A DNA stretch of 63,567 bases, counting the filler, from Syncephalis fuscata S228 (lineage: Eukaryota; Fungi; Zoopagomycota), in NCBI GenBank assembly GCA_025786725.1. It is 4 parts of 4 records of this genome, joined end to end, with 100 filler letters (N's around TTAATTAATTAA, not from the genome) between each part and the next. Parts side by side here need not be neighbours in the genome. Positions count along the whole stretch, not along the records: positions 29,623 to 54,625 come from JAHLTZ010000124.1; positions 54,726 to 61,351 come from JAHLTZ010000328.1; positions 61,452 to 63,567 come from JAHLTZ010000360.1; 1 more part is not named here. The stretch is one strand, 5' to 3'. Positions 53,053 through 63,567 of this stretch are shown here, piece after piece (within the stretch, counting starts at the first letter, position 1; every line of letters starts with the position of its first letter). Under the pieces are notes generated by a model. That model saw only the letters and a list, made by a program, of their open reading frames with translations. It was not told the DNA's origin and did no database searches. The position numbers and the translations under genes were made by a program.

Positions 53053-53447
53053 GCAAGCATGAAAGAGCTGACCATCGTGTATGAACTATGCTGGCATAGT
53101 CAATTCGACCTTTTGTCCTTTTTATCACCACTACTATTTTATTATTACTATTTCAATTATTATTACTATTGTCATTATTTGTGTTTGTGATATATTAAGT
53201 AAATTAATCTATATTATTTGTAAAATCGATATCGTTTATGTCATAGAGAAAGAGAGAAAGCAATAAAGGCTATATCATGAATAGTAGTAATAGTGGTAAC
53301 TTTGAAAAGATGCTATGCAAATACGATCAAGTGATCATAAATGTAAACACATACATATATGAAATGTAGAGGAGAGAGAGATTAGGAAAGAATGATAATG
53401 GTTAATATGATAAGAATACTGAATAAGCAAATAAGAAGTGTTAGTTC

Positions 53448-54625
53448 TTATTTCTGCGATACAGACGCAGCCCATTGTTTAAGATCTACTGGGGCCATTT
53501 GACAGCGTGTAACAAATGGCGACTCAAGTAGTTGGGCTGGTGTGGGTCGTTGATCAGGGTTTTTAAGTAGACTATAGTTTATAACAGTATTTAGCCAATT
53601 AATCAATCAATCAATTAATATTCACTTTATACTACTTACCATGCGGCTACAAATTGGCATAGATCCTCTGGATACATACCAGCAGGCAGTGTAGGTGCTG
53701 GCTCATTCACAATATAGTTAAGTAATTCGAGAATGGCCAGCTGTTTGCCATCGGGTGGGAAAGGAAACCGGCCCATAGCCAATTCCATAACGGTAATACC
53801 GACACTCCATACATCCGACTTGACCGAGTAAGGACCGCCTTGAATACGTTCAGGCTAATATAGTATTAAATGTTAATATTGATATTGATTAGTATGACTA
53901 TTTATGATAATGGGCGCATGGCAATGGATACTATATGATAAACTACTTACCGACATATAAGCATTGGTGCCTACAAAAGTACTGGCAATACTGTTAATCA
54001 ATACACCGCTTACACCAAAATCACAGATTTTAATTTGACCGGATGAATTCAATAGAATATTGCATGGTTTTATGTCTATTATTCCAATAATCATGCAACA
54101 ATGAATATAAATGTGTAGTCATCAACGTTTACACTTACCTCGATGAATAATGCGATGATTGTCATAAAGATAGATAAGCCCGCTTAACATATTATACGTA
54201 ATTTTACCAACGATTTCAACGGCAATTGGACCCTTTTTACGATAAATACCGTCTAATGATCTAATAGACATTCAATACCAATAAAACTGGTTTCAAGATT
54301 TAAATACTTACCCAATGTCCATATACTCCATACACATACAGATTTCACCATGATTAAGAAACGCTCCGTAGAAAGAAACAATGTAAGGAGAGTCGCAGTC
54401 ATGTAGTACTTGTAACTCGCGTAGAATCTGCTTCTTTACTTGTGCTGTGTTTCCACATGGATATTCTACCATACGTATAGCCATAAGCTACAGGTACATA
54501 ACTATCGTGCTAGCAATACTGACCTTTTTCGCCATAATGGTCTTTGTTGGCGCGTGGAGTACTTTATCAACGCTGCCGCCGTTACCTGCACCAAGTTCTT
54601 GAATCATTTTGCAAATCCTCGGCTT
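53448..54625 (-). CDS. STE7: MAP kinase kinase (Ste7/Byr1/MEK type), 5' end missing
   Basis: [79 protein letters not shown]. Confidence 0.88.
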
Positions 54626-54725
54626 NNNNNNNNNNNNNNNNNNNNNNNNNNNNNNNNNNNNNNNNNNNNTTAATTAATTAANNNNNNNNNNNNNNNNNNN
54701 NNNNNNNNNNNNNNNNNNNNNNNNN
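54626..54725. other. Artificial contig linker
   Basis: N44-TTAATTAATTAA-N44. Confidence 0.98.
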
Positions 54726-54726
54726 G

Positions 54727-55509
54727 GTTACAGTAGCCGACTTTTTATTCAAACAAGTCATTTGTATATTTGGATGTCCTCAATTTATTTTATCAGATGG
54801 AGGAAAAGAATTTCGTAATCAGGTAGTTAGAGATGTATTAAAAAGATTGGGTATAAAACAACAGTTTACAACACCATATCATCCACGCACTAATGGTCTT
54901 ACAGAACGACTGAATAAGACACTTGGTGAAGCACTTACTCGATTTGTCTTAGCCGGTAGAGATATGCTAGCTTGGCCAGAACATATACCAGCCATCACAT
55001 TCGCCTACAACACCAATCGACAAAAGACAACTGGCTATTCACCCGCAGAATTATTATTCGGCTTTCAACCACGTGCACCTGCCGATATTGTAGTACCACG
55101 ATTACCTAGCGACGATCGACAAATTAAATTACGCGAATCAATACTTAAACGCAGCAATAAGTTGTATTGGTTACAAGCTGAAGTACCTACTGTTCGACAA
55201 CGCATCATACAAACACAACAATCGCATGCCAATGTATTTAATAGCAAACGACATGCATCTAATAATGATTATGAATTTAGTATTGGACATTTGGTAACTA
55301 TATTACGACCAACATCACGTAAACTTGAACCAAAATGGGAAGAACAACCTTGGATTGTTTACGATGATTTGAATAATGGTTCGTATAAGTTGAAAGAACC
55401 ACATAAAGAGAAGTATCGAGTTATACATCGAGACCGACTACGACGATGGTATACTGAAGATAGTCGATTACGGCGACCGAGGACGGACGCTAATCTAACG
55501 GAAGGGTAA
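54727..55509 (+). CDS. Retrotransposon integrase (partial pol), no chromodomain
   Basis: FGCPQFILSDGGKEF..TTPYHPRTNGLTERLNKTL..FAYNT..TGYSPAELLFG..KLEPKW..IHRDRLR. Open from the contig edge. Confidence 0.93.
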   Translation, partial: VTVADFLFKQVICIFGCPQFILSDGGKEFRNQVVRDVLKRLGIKQQFTTPYHPRTNGLTERLNKTLGEALTRFVLAGRDMLAWPEHIPAITFAYNTNRQKTTGYSPAELLFGFQPRAPADIVVPRLPSDDRQIKLRESILKRSNKLYWLQAEVPTVRQRIIQTQQSHANVFNSKRHASNNDYEFSIGHLVTILRPTSRKLEPKWEEQPWIVYDDLNNGSYKLKEPHKEKYRVIHRDRLRRWYTEDSRLRRPRTDANLTEG

Positions 55510-55893
55510 TGTCGGACTTTGAATTTTTGCCTGACTAAATTACACACCACTCCACCCAGCACCAAATATTCACCATATGACTAGTCATATGAATTATCTA
55601 TTCATATGATCAATCCGATGACTAGCCATATGAACTCACTCCTGACTAACCCATGATCTTATGACGATGATCGCCGACGTCATAGTATCATTATTACTAT
55701 TATTATTACTATTATTATTACTATTATTATTACTATTATCACACGGCTATACTAATTATTTTAGTATATAAACCAACTCATTTTATTAACCAATAAACGA
55801 TATCTTACATCCAATTGTTGAACTGTCTTATCTAACACACACATTCTATTGATCAAGTCCTACGATAGTCAGAAAGTAGTGACTTTGACGACA
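55510..55893 (+). repeat. LTR, 384 bp
   Basis: TG...CA ends with 5-bp inverted termini, TATATAA at ~55765, AATAAA at ~55792, internal (ATT/ACT)n tract. Confidence 0.85.
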
Positions 55894-56705
55894 CACGGTA
55901 ACACTTATTTGTCAATTGTTCCACGTGTGTAGTATTTTAACTATGGATAGTCTGAGCCGACTGCAATGCATTGCGTATGTTTGTATTTCGACTTGATTTA
56001 TCCGCCATGGGCAACAGGTGTTAAATGGCTTTTATCCAATAATTAATGCAGCCTATGGCCATTTACGCCCATTTTACTTGCATGTAGAAACGCTCTTGGC
56101 CTATTGCTATAATCGCAATTATCTATTTACTATAACGTTTATGCTATTATTGGATAACTGCTGTTAGTTGGTGTATTTCTGGCAGACATGTTTGATTTCC
56201 GTTATAGAACAGTGATTTTGTTGGCCGCAAATCAGGTATCAAAAAGTTAAGTTACTGGCTCAAAACGGTATTATTTTTGCAAAGTATCTCGTTTGACTAG
56301 AAATTGCTGTTAATGTGTTTAGCTATACCAATAAGATTAAATAAACAAAAATAAATTATCTAAGGCCAAAGTCATTAACGTAAAACATATTATTAGTAAA
56401 TAAAGATAATAAAAAGCTAAACACAAAAGTTTATATTTAGCAACTCAGTGTTATTATAGTAATAAAAGTTAATAATACATCAAATTTAAATATTAAAAGC
56501 CAATCATTGATGTAATTTGTACGACTTTTTCGCATTACTTGGTTGCAACATATTCTTTGCAACTTCATATTCTATATAGTGTAATAATGTGATGTCCAAA
56601 AGGGTACACCAGCACAGGCTTAACATTTCATTTCATCCCACTAAATTTTGTAATACGTAATAACTTGCGTTTTTCATTTTTATTCAATTAAATTGTGTAA
56701 TTACC

Positions 56706-58080
56706 ATGTCAGTACGCAATAACAAGCAGAAAGTCGTTCTTATTACAGGCTGCACGGAAGGAGGCATTGGTAGGATTTAGACGAGTGCAGAAATTTCACA
56801 GACTAACGTATTAGACAATAGGTGCGTGTCTTGCTATTGAATTTGCGCAGGTAGATATAAAAGCTAAACTGTATCTATTTATTAATTAACCAATGATATG
56901 ATTTAATTTAGAATGGATGTATAGTTTATGCTACAGCTAGACGACTAGAAGCCATGTCCGGGCTTAAAGGTAAGCACTATCCTACTTTAGTATTTATATT
57001 TACACTTTAGAAAGCGCTCGGTATTCATACGTCGATACTGGATGTAACACAGGTTGAGACAATGAAGACGGCAGTTAATGTACCGAGCACAATGAATTAT
57101 TTGTCCACCGTCTAACACTTGATAATCTAGACGATTGTTGATGCTGAAGGACGAGTCGGTAAGCTAGGCTGAACATAATGGATATGTCACTAACAAAATC
57201 CAACCGACAGACATTTTGGTGAATAATGCAGGAATGACGCGTCCAGCACCAATGATTGATCAAGATCTTGATATTGCCCGTGGCGTTTATGAGACCAATC
57301 TATGGGGACCACTAACACTAATACAGATGGTTGCGCCACATATGATGAAACGCCGCTCCGGCACTATAGTCAATGTTGCCTCTATTGCAGCTGTATGTCC
57401 TCTCCCATGGTCAGGTAAGATTTAGCATTTGCATTAGTGGGGCATGGCTTATATCTTCATGGCTTTTGTTTAGGCATTTATGCCTCTGTTAAAGCAGCTC
57501 TGCGCGCCACATCGGATGTACTTCGACTAGAGCTACTATCCTTTAATGTCAATGTAGTCAGCGTCTTTCCAGGGTAAGTTATGCTGTGTCGACAACGCAA
57601 GGAGCTAATATGTTATTGGCAGTGCCATTCAGTCCAATATTTCTGCCAATAGTGCTCAAGAATTTACATGGAAAGAAGGTAAAAAGCAGATATTTATTTA
57701 TATGTGTTCTAATAGTAATGCCAAATATTTGTAGGTTCTATGTATGAACCGTTTAAATCACGAGTAGAAGAGCGAATCCATATATCTCAACGTAATTATA
57801 TTTCATCTTAGTGGCAAACTAGCGGACTTATTATGTATTTAGAACCGGGCTGCACTCCCACAGTAGATTTTGCGCGTCAGGTGGTGCGTGATATACTAAA
57901 GCCAACACCGCCGCACGATATCTACGGTGGCACTTATTCAACGCTTTTTGGCTTCTTTCATTTATGCCGTCCTGGTTCAAGGCAAGCTGGTTTAGAAAGT
58001 ATGCCAGTCAACAGTTAACTAATAGCATTGTTTAGGAGTATATACTTGCCAAACGATTTAAACTTCTAGAGCCATGCTAG
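56706..58080 (+). CDS. Short-chain dehydrogenase/reductase (Ayr1-like), multi-exon
   Basis: VLITGCTEGGIG, VYATARRLEAM, DILVNNAG, IVNVASI, YASVK (YxxxK), LRLEL..FNVNV. Confidence 0.92.
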
Positions 58081-58324
58081 GTGTCACATCAGTGGTTAGC
58101 TGGTATGGGCTGTCATTCTTAATAAAGTCAGCTATTATAACATAAATATTAGCTAGAATGTGATTTACAAGTGCGCTAGATTTTTTAGATATTGTTTATC
58201 ATAGAATATGCATAAACGTTTTTATAACTACTCAGCACAAAGACAGGTTGTGATACCAGCGCCGCAATTGTAAATATTATTAATCATTTATTACTGCTTT
58301 TAATTACACCAAATAAGCTTTTTT

Positions 58325-58407
58325 TCTATTGAACATGAAACTAGGAGTAATTCACATCAGATTTAAAATACTCATTATCATATATTTATTATCCGGTATG
58401 CATATAC
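58325..58407 (-). repeat. Degenerate partial copy of the dispersed repeat family
   Basis: TCTATTGAACATG..AAATACTCATTATCATATATTTATTATCCGGTATGCATAT. Confidence 0.7.
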
Positions 58408-58599
58408 ACTTTATTCACCTTGTTATATCAAATAAATGTCATTATTATAAAATGGGTGTTTTAAAATTTTAATGTATATGAGTGCTAGAAATGCATATTA
58501 TTTATTGCTGAAAAACCATGAATCAGCTTTATAGCTACTTAAACATAAAACTAGGTATAGTTACAATAGCAATAGGGCCATCAGTAATACTAGCCATAG

Positions 58600-58785
58600 C
58601 AGATATAACCACTAGTATTGTACAGTATTATGACGACATTTATTCAATTCTCCCCTGGCCTCTTCTTTATGTCACGCCGACTCAAGGCAAGTTGGTTTAG
58701 TAAATACGCCAGTCAATAGCCAACTAATAATACTGTCATAAGATCTGGCATTTGCCAAACAATTCAAGCTTCTAGAATCATGATG
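58600..58785 (+). pseudogene. Degenerate duplicate of the SDR 3' end (penultimate exon, last intron, last exon)
   Basis: TCAAGGCAAGTTGGTTTAGTAAATACGCCAGTCAATAG..TTGCCAAACAATTCAAGCTTCTAGA aligns with 57977-58070. Confidence 0.75.
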
Positions 58786-60012
58786 GTATTGCATTTATTT
58801 ACACACAACGCTATGTCCTGTGATTCGGCTTGCAGTAAATAATATTGATTGCAGCCATATGCATTGACTTGGTCACCTTGACTTTCTATGACTTATTGTT
58901 ACATGGCTTTTTAGCAATTAAGCGACTGTTGATTGGACCCTGGCTTTACTATTTTAATTCACTCATTTCATTATCTATTTGATTACGGGCAAAGTACCTT
59001 TTATTAGTATGCCTGATTACTTGGTAAATAATTGCACACTTAGATAGTATCGATGTGTTGATACCGATATAATCGTTATATAGTAAAATGTATCAGCATA
59101 TGACATCAACGTTTTAGTCTTGGCTCGGTTGATCGGCGGGATTTGTCCGTTTTCATTGATGAGTGTGCGTGCTTTCTTCATCACATTGCATTGGCAATTG
59201 TTGATTGGTGGACACAGTTTCTCGGCCTTTCAGCATTTCCGATTTGTATCTCACGTTATAGAAGCCTTGTGTTGTTGTTGTTGCCAATGCTTTAAAGCAG
59301 GTGTGCACGTCGCTGCTTCTTTTCTCGCTACAATACACGTTTGCATTACATTCTACTTTAAAATTATACTGTTAAAATTTTACATCTGTAACTGGTCGGC
59401 AAGACGTTAAACTTTTGACACTAAACGGGTAGGTGCTAGGCTTTAACGATATCTTTAGATGGAAAAGCTCTATTTATTTGGTTGGCTATAGCGCAGTTAC
59501 AATATTGACAACAGCTCATCTTTGAGCTGGCTGCTTTATAATAGTGTATACCAAAAGTAAAACGCGTACTACCTGACTACTTATTCGTATGCACTTTGAG
59601 CTGCCATGAATGGAGCAATAGATACGCCGCCAATAGATAGGCATGGCACTTTCCCATATAAACGCTATCAGATTAATAGCACGATTTACGCAGCTACTAA
59701 CTCCGCTCTTATTCGCTTTATTCTCATTCTTGATTATTACCACTTGCTACTTTTTAGATTGGCACCTGTCTATTGTTTGTTCTACTCTACAATTCTAGTA
59801 CAGTACTCCTTTCACTTTTAAGTATAATCTGTAAGTAAATCACAGCTATTTCTTGAGCGCGTTTTATTTTTTGTTCTACTGCTGTGTTACTTGTACTAAA
59901 ACAATGATGATTGCAATCAAAAAGTAGCCATAATACATGCCTATAAACACTGGTTTGAGTCTTAATAGCCACTAACATAGACTATGCATAAATCTGTTAT
60001 ATTAGCTATAAA

Positions 60013-61351
60013 ATGTCGTCCGCCGTCTCACTTGATACGCTGGTCGTCGCTGGTCTAGTCGTTAGCGGCGCAATCTTTATCTTTCGAGGATCGCTATTTG
60101 GCGGCAATTCTGGCACTGCCAAACCATCAATACCATTGGCAGCACCGGTGCAGGCGCAGCAAATGGCGTGCAACGTAAAAAGCGCTCACGCAACTTTGTA
60201 GAAGTTATGGAGCAAACGGTAGGTAGTTTATAGTAATAACTGTGGATTGAGTCGAACTAATAATTACGTAGGACAAAAATGTCATTGTGTTTTTTGGCTC
60301 ACAACTGGCACTGCTGAAGATTACGCAAACCGTGTTGCTAAGGAGGCCCAAAAGCGATATGGCCTTCGGTGCATGGTGGCCGATATAGAAGATTATGACA
60401 TGGAACGTCTTGACCGTCTACCGAGTGACCATTTGGCCGTTTTTGTCGTAGCCACCTACGGCGAAGGCGAGCCAACTGATAACGCCACTGAATTCTGGAA
60501 TTTTCTTATTGTCGACTCTGAAGGTGACGTTCCTACCTTCAGTCGCCAGGACGAAGGCGATGTCGAGGAAGAAGATGCCGAAGGAACTCTACAGAGGGCC
60601 GCCCGCTGCATAATCTACGCTATGTGGTATTTGGCCTGGGTAACCGCACCTATGAACACTTTAACGCTGTGGCTCGGCGTCTAGACGAACGTCTTACCAG
60701 TCTTGGAGGTCACCGCATTGGTGAGCGTGGTGAAGGCGATGACGACGCTAATTTGGAAGAAGACTTTATCACATGGAAGGATGGTGCATGGCCAGCTATT
60801 GCCGAGGCAATGAACGTGAGCGAACAGCTAGCATCGTAAGTAGCATTAGGCAGCTATAATCATGCCATATTACTCACCGCTATTTATTATTTAGTGCTCA
60901 TGAGCCAGAGTTTATTCTGACCGAATTGAGTGAAGATCAATACGATGCGAAGAACATCTACCGCGGCGAGCTAACAGAACGCCGAGCCACAGGTGGCAGC
61001 AGCTATATTTACGATATTAAACGTCCATTTATGGCTGGCCTTCAAGTCACCCGCCAACTATTTGCATCTGAAGCAGGCCGGCATTGTATGCACGCCGAGT
61101 GGATTACGCGGCTCAAACATATCCTATACTGCTGGTGATCATTTGGCAATCTGGCCAGTAAACTCGGAGCATGAAGTGACACGAATTGCACGTGTCTGTG
61201 GCATTACCGAGGACAAACTAGACACTGTTGTACGCGTAGTGAGCTCGGACGAAACGGCTGCCAAAAAGCACCCATTCCCCGCAGCCGACAACTTATCGTG
61301 ATATATTCCGCCACTATATTGACATCAATTCGTGTCCTTCTCGTGAATTTG
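60013..61351 (+). CDS. NCP1: NADPH-cytochrome P450 reductase, 5' part; several single-base indels; truncated by contig end
   Basis: N-terminal anchor, FFGSQ(T)GTAEDYA, ATYGEGEPTDNA, VFGLGNRTYEHFN, GEGDDDANLEEDF, YTAGDHLAIWPVN. Confidence 0.95.
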
Positions 61352-61451
61352 NNNNNNNNNNNNNNNNNNNNNNNNNNNNNNNNNNNNNNNNNNNNTTAAT
61401 TAATTAANNNNNNNNNNNNNNNNNNNNNNNNNNNNNNNNNNNNNNNNNNNN
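61352..61451. other. Artificial contig linker
   Basis: N44-TTAATTAATTAA-N44. Confidence 0.98.
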
Positions 61452-61764
61452 AGTCATCAATATAACATTGGTTGTTATATTGCTTGGTAGCCGGCCGCTA
61501 ACACACTAATCGCCATTGTCCTTGAACTTGATACTTGATGGCTTGTAAATCTAAAGCATTATATGCAGAGTTAGTGACTGATTTAAGCTAGTTACTTACC
61601 ATTGCACAATCAGTGCACCATAAAGAAGGACCGGTAAGTGGTTTATCAAAAGGGAAAAGAGGCGTGCTGCCAATGCAACATCGTGCTGGCAGGTGTTTAC
61701 AGGCAGTGCATATAATGGCACTGCTGTATGGCCAGTACAGAGTGCTACTATATGCTACTACCGT

Positions 61765-62320
61765 AGCTAAACACACTATTGCTAGCACGGTGAGCAATGG
61801 AAGATATAGAGGTAATGATGAGGAGAGGGTGAGAAAGGAACAGTATATGCTTGGTAGCATATATCCAGCATACACTGTTGCTAGTACGGTAAGTAATAGA
61901 AGGTCAGTGAAAAGGATGGGGAAGAAGGGGAGAAGAGAAAGAGAATGATAACAGTGTATGCTTGGTAGCATATAGCCAGCATACATTGTTGCTAGTATGA
62001 TAAGTAATGGAAGGTTTAGTGAAAAGGATGGGGAAGAAGGAGGGAAGAGAAAGAAGATGATAACAGTGTATGCTTGGTAGCATATAGCCAGCATACACTG
62101 TTGCTAGTACGGTAAGTAATAGAAGTTTGGTGAAAAGGATGGTGAAGAAGAAGAGATGAGAAAGAGGATAAGAACAGTGTATGCTTGGTAGCATATAGCC
62201 AGCATACACTGTTGCTAGTACGATAAGTAATGGAAGGTTAGTGAAAAAAAGGATGAAGAGAAAGAGGAAAAGAAGGATAAAGAGGAAGAGAAAGATAACG
62301 ATATATGTTTGGTAGCATAT
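61765..62320. repeat. ~111-bp tandem array (~5 units) of a hairpin core plus polypurine linker
   Basis: ATG(C/T)TTGGTAGCAT recurs at 61847, 61958, 62070, 62181 and 62305 (spacing 111, 112, 111, 124). Core is AACAGTGTATGCT..AGCATACACTGTT. Confidence 0.93.
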
Positions 62321-62749
62321 ATTGCCATAGTTAGCATACTAGCAGCTGCTCACAAGGTAAAACGATACCGCTAGCACTGCTGTATGGCGCCATACAGCAG
62401 GGCGGTATGTAGTACCAAGACTAGGCATGCTTATACTAATAGACTAACAATGACATATAGCAAGCAAAGCATATACCGGACTTATGGAAACAAGTGCAAG
62501 TGGAAGGTGGCTAGTGGATAAATGCTGTCAAGTGTGGTGGATGAGAAAGAGGAACGTGTGACGCAAATCGTGTGCTATGCGATCGGCAGTCTGTTTTTAT
62601 AGTGTGGGCGCAAGTGCTGATGTAATATGAATAAACAATTATTATGATTGGTACCAATTGACTTGTTTGACAGCACTCGCCCAGTCAAACTAAACGTTTA
62701 TTTTATTGAATAATCATTTTTATTAAATTATCAAATCATTAGATTATAT

Positions 62750-63310
62750 TATGATTTGGGTGTCAAATGACTATATTGATAACATTCGCGCAATTGAACT
62801 GCACATTCAATCTATTGAACATGGGGACAAGTGGTGAGTTTGATTTAATCGTCACATCATCACACTTATTGCTTTTTTGGGGGACAAATGACTAATATTT
62901 AATAACGCCCAATCTATTGAACATGATGATGGGTGGTGAGTGACATCAATCAGCAAAATACTCATCAGCATAGATTCGTTATCCAGTATGCATATATTCA
63001 GTAACATATATATTTTATTTACTTATATCATTCCTGTACTATCCCACACCATTGTATCCCATTCTACGATAGACTAGACACACTTTATTGTTTATATACA
63101 CCAACAAACTCCATTCAGTCTACTCATTGCACTATATGCACTATAGCTTTAACTTTATTTTATATGCTTTTCACCGTACATTTATTATTCTATATATCAT
63201 TCTATAATCGCTTAGCCTTCCTCTATCCAAATCTGTTTATACTTTTGTTCTAGCTTTATTATTAATAAATATCGACTAATGTCGGCCATCTGCTCATGCA
63301 TATATGCTCA
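62750..63310 (-). repeat. Long inverted copy of the dispersed repeat family; an opposite-orientation arm begins at ~63520
   Basis: Reverse complement of 13544-14085. 63524-63567 (AATGGTAATGATATAGG..ATATGCATATTGGAT) matches the forward orientation. Confidence 0.9.
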
Positions 63311-63567
63311 ATAACATTAACATTGCTAATCGTCACTGCGTATTGCATATTCTTTATATTATATGCCGTTTTATTGTCTAATGACTACTGGCTATCTATT
63401 GCAGCTGTTCTTTTTGTTTTAGCTCTATCTATTAATAAAGTTCGACTAATCTCGCTCAGCTTGCTCATTAGACTATATATATTTAAAACTCATAGCAAAC
63501 AGAATGTATTCAATATGTCATAAAATGGTAATGATATAGGTAGATAGTATATATATGCATATTGGAT

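Larger units (their letters stand above)
54726..55893 (+). mobile_element. 3' end of a Ty3/Gypsy LTR retrotransposon: integrase, PPT and 3' LTR
   Basis: Integrase rve core; purine tract GGAAGGG just before the LTR; LTR termini TGTCG...CGACA. Confidence 0.92.

Noticed and set aside
50176-54625. RasGAP next to MAPKK as a signalling gene cluster
   Set aside because: They are convergent housekeeping genes and adjacency alone is expected by chance. Conserved synteny would be needed.
60013-61351. Pseudogenisation or programmed frameshifting of P450 reductase, PP2A-A and MAPKK
   Set aside because: The indels mostly sit in homopolymers in otherwise conserved essential genes, so sequencing error is simpler.
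61588-62209. Hydrophobic 37-aa repeat protein from the minus-strand ORFs
   Set aside because: The hydrophobicity comes from translating polypyrimidine tracts. Unit lengths of 112 and 124 break frame and there is no convincing start context.
61765-62320. CRISPR array
   Set aside because: The context is eukaryotic, there are no cas genes, the conserved part is ~65 bp, and the 'spacers' are mutually homologous purine tracts.
62900-62945. Tc1/mariner 'NPIEH.W' motif in the repeat (ATTGAACAT = IEH)
   Set aside because: Only three residues match, a stop follows, and there is no other transposase similarity.

Overview
This is AT-rich, intron-dense eukaryotic DNA from an early-diverging fungus. Introns are mostly ~45-100 nt with GTAAGT donors and CTAAC/CTAAT branch sites. 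The orphan 7TM and F-box-like families suggest a Zoopagomycota (Syncephalis-like) genome, but that is inference. The window is not contiguous: three artificial 100-nt linkers (N44-TTAATTAATTAA-N44) join four contig pieces (1-29522, 29623-54625, 54726-61351, 61452-63567). Conserved genes: RPL9, complex I ESSS subunit, a PEX8-like gene, DCTN5, an M50B-like peptidase, an Aa_trans transporter, VMA11, an OPT transporter, a thiolase 3' end, an ING-PHD protein, the PP2A scaffold, a CCDC28-like gene, a PH-C2-RasGAP, a Ste7-type MAPKK, an SDR and P450 reductase. Accessory content: a signal-peptide phosphatidylserine decarboxylase, a secreted class-3 lipase, two orphan 7TM genes, decayed F-box-like paralogs, a dispersed repeat family with about 10 copies, the 3' end of a Ty3/Gypsy element with a complete LTR, and two tandem arrays. 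The strongest leads are (1) a divergent PD-(D/E)xK nuclease-like + protein kinase gene pair bracketed by related hairpin repeats, (2) a ~111-bp array of 13-bp-stem hairpins with polypurine linkers, flanked by GC-rich palindromes, (3) a predicted secreted PS decarboxylase, and (4) a candidate H/ACA snoRNA in the RPL9 5'UTR intron. Single-base homopolymer indels in essential genes show that many frameshifts here are probably assembly errors.
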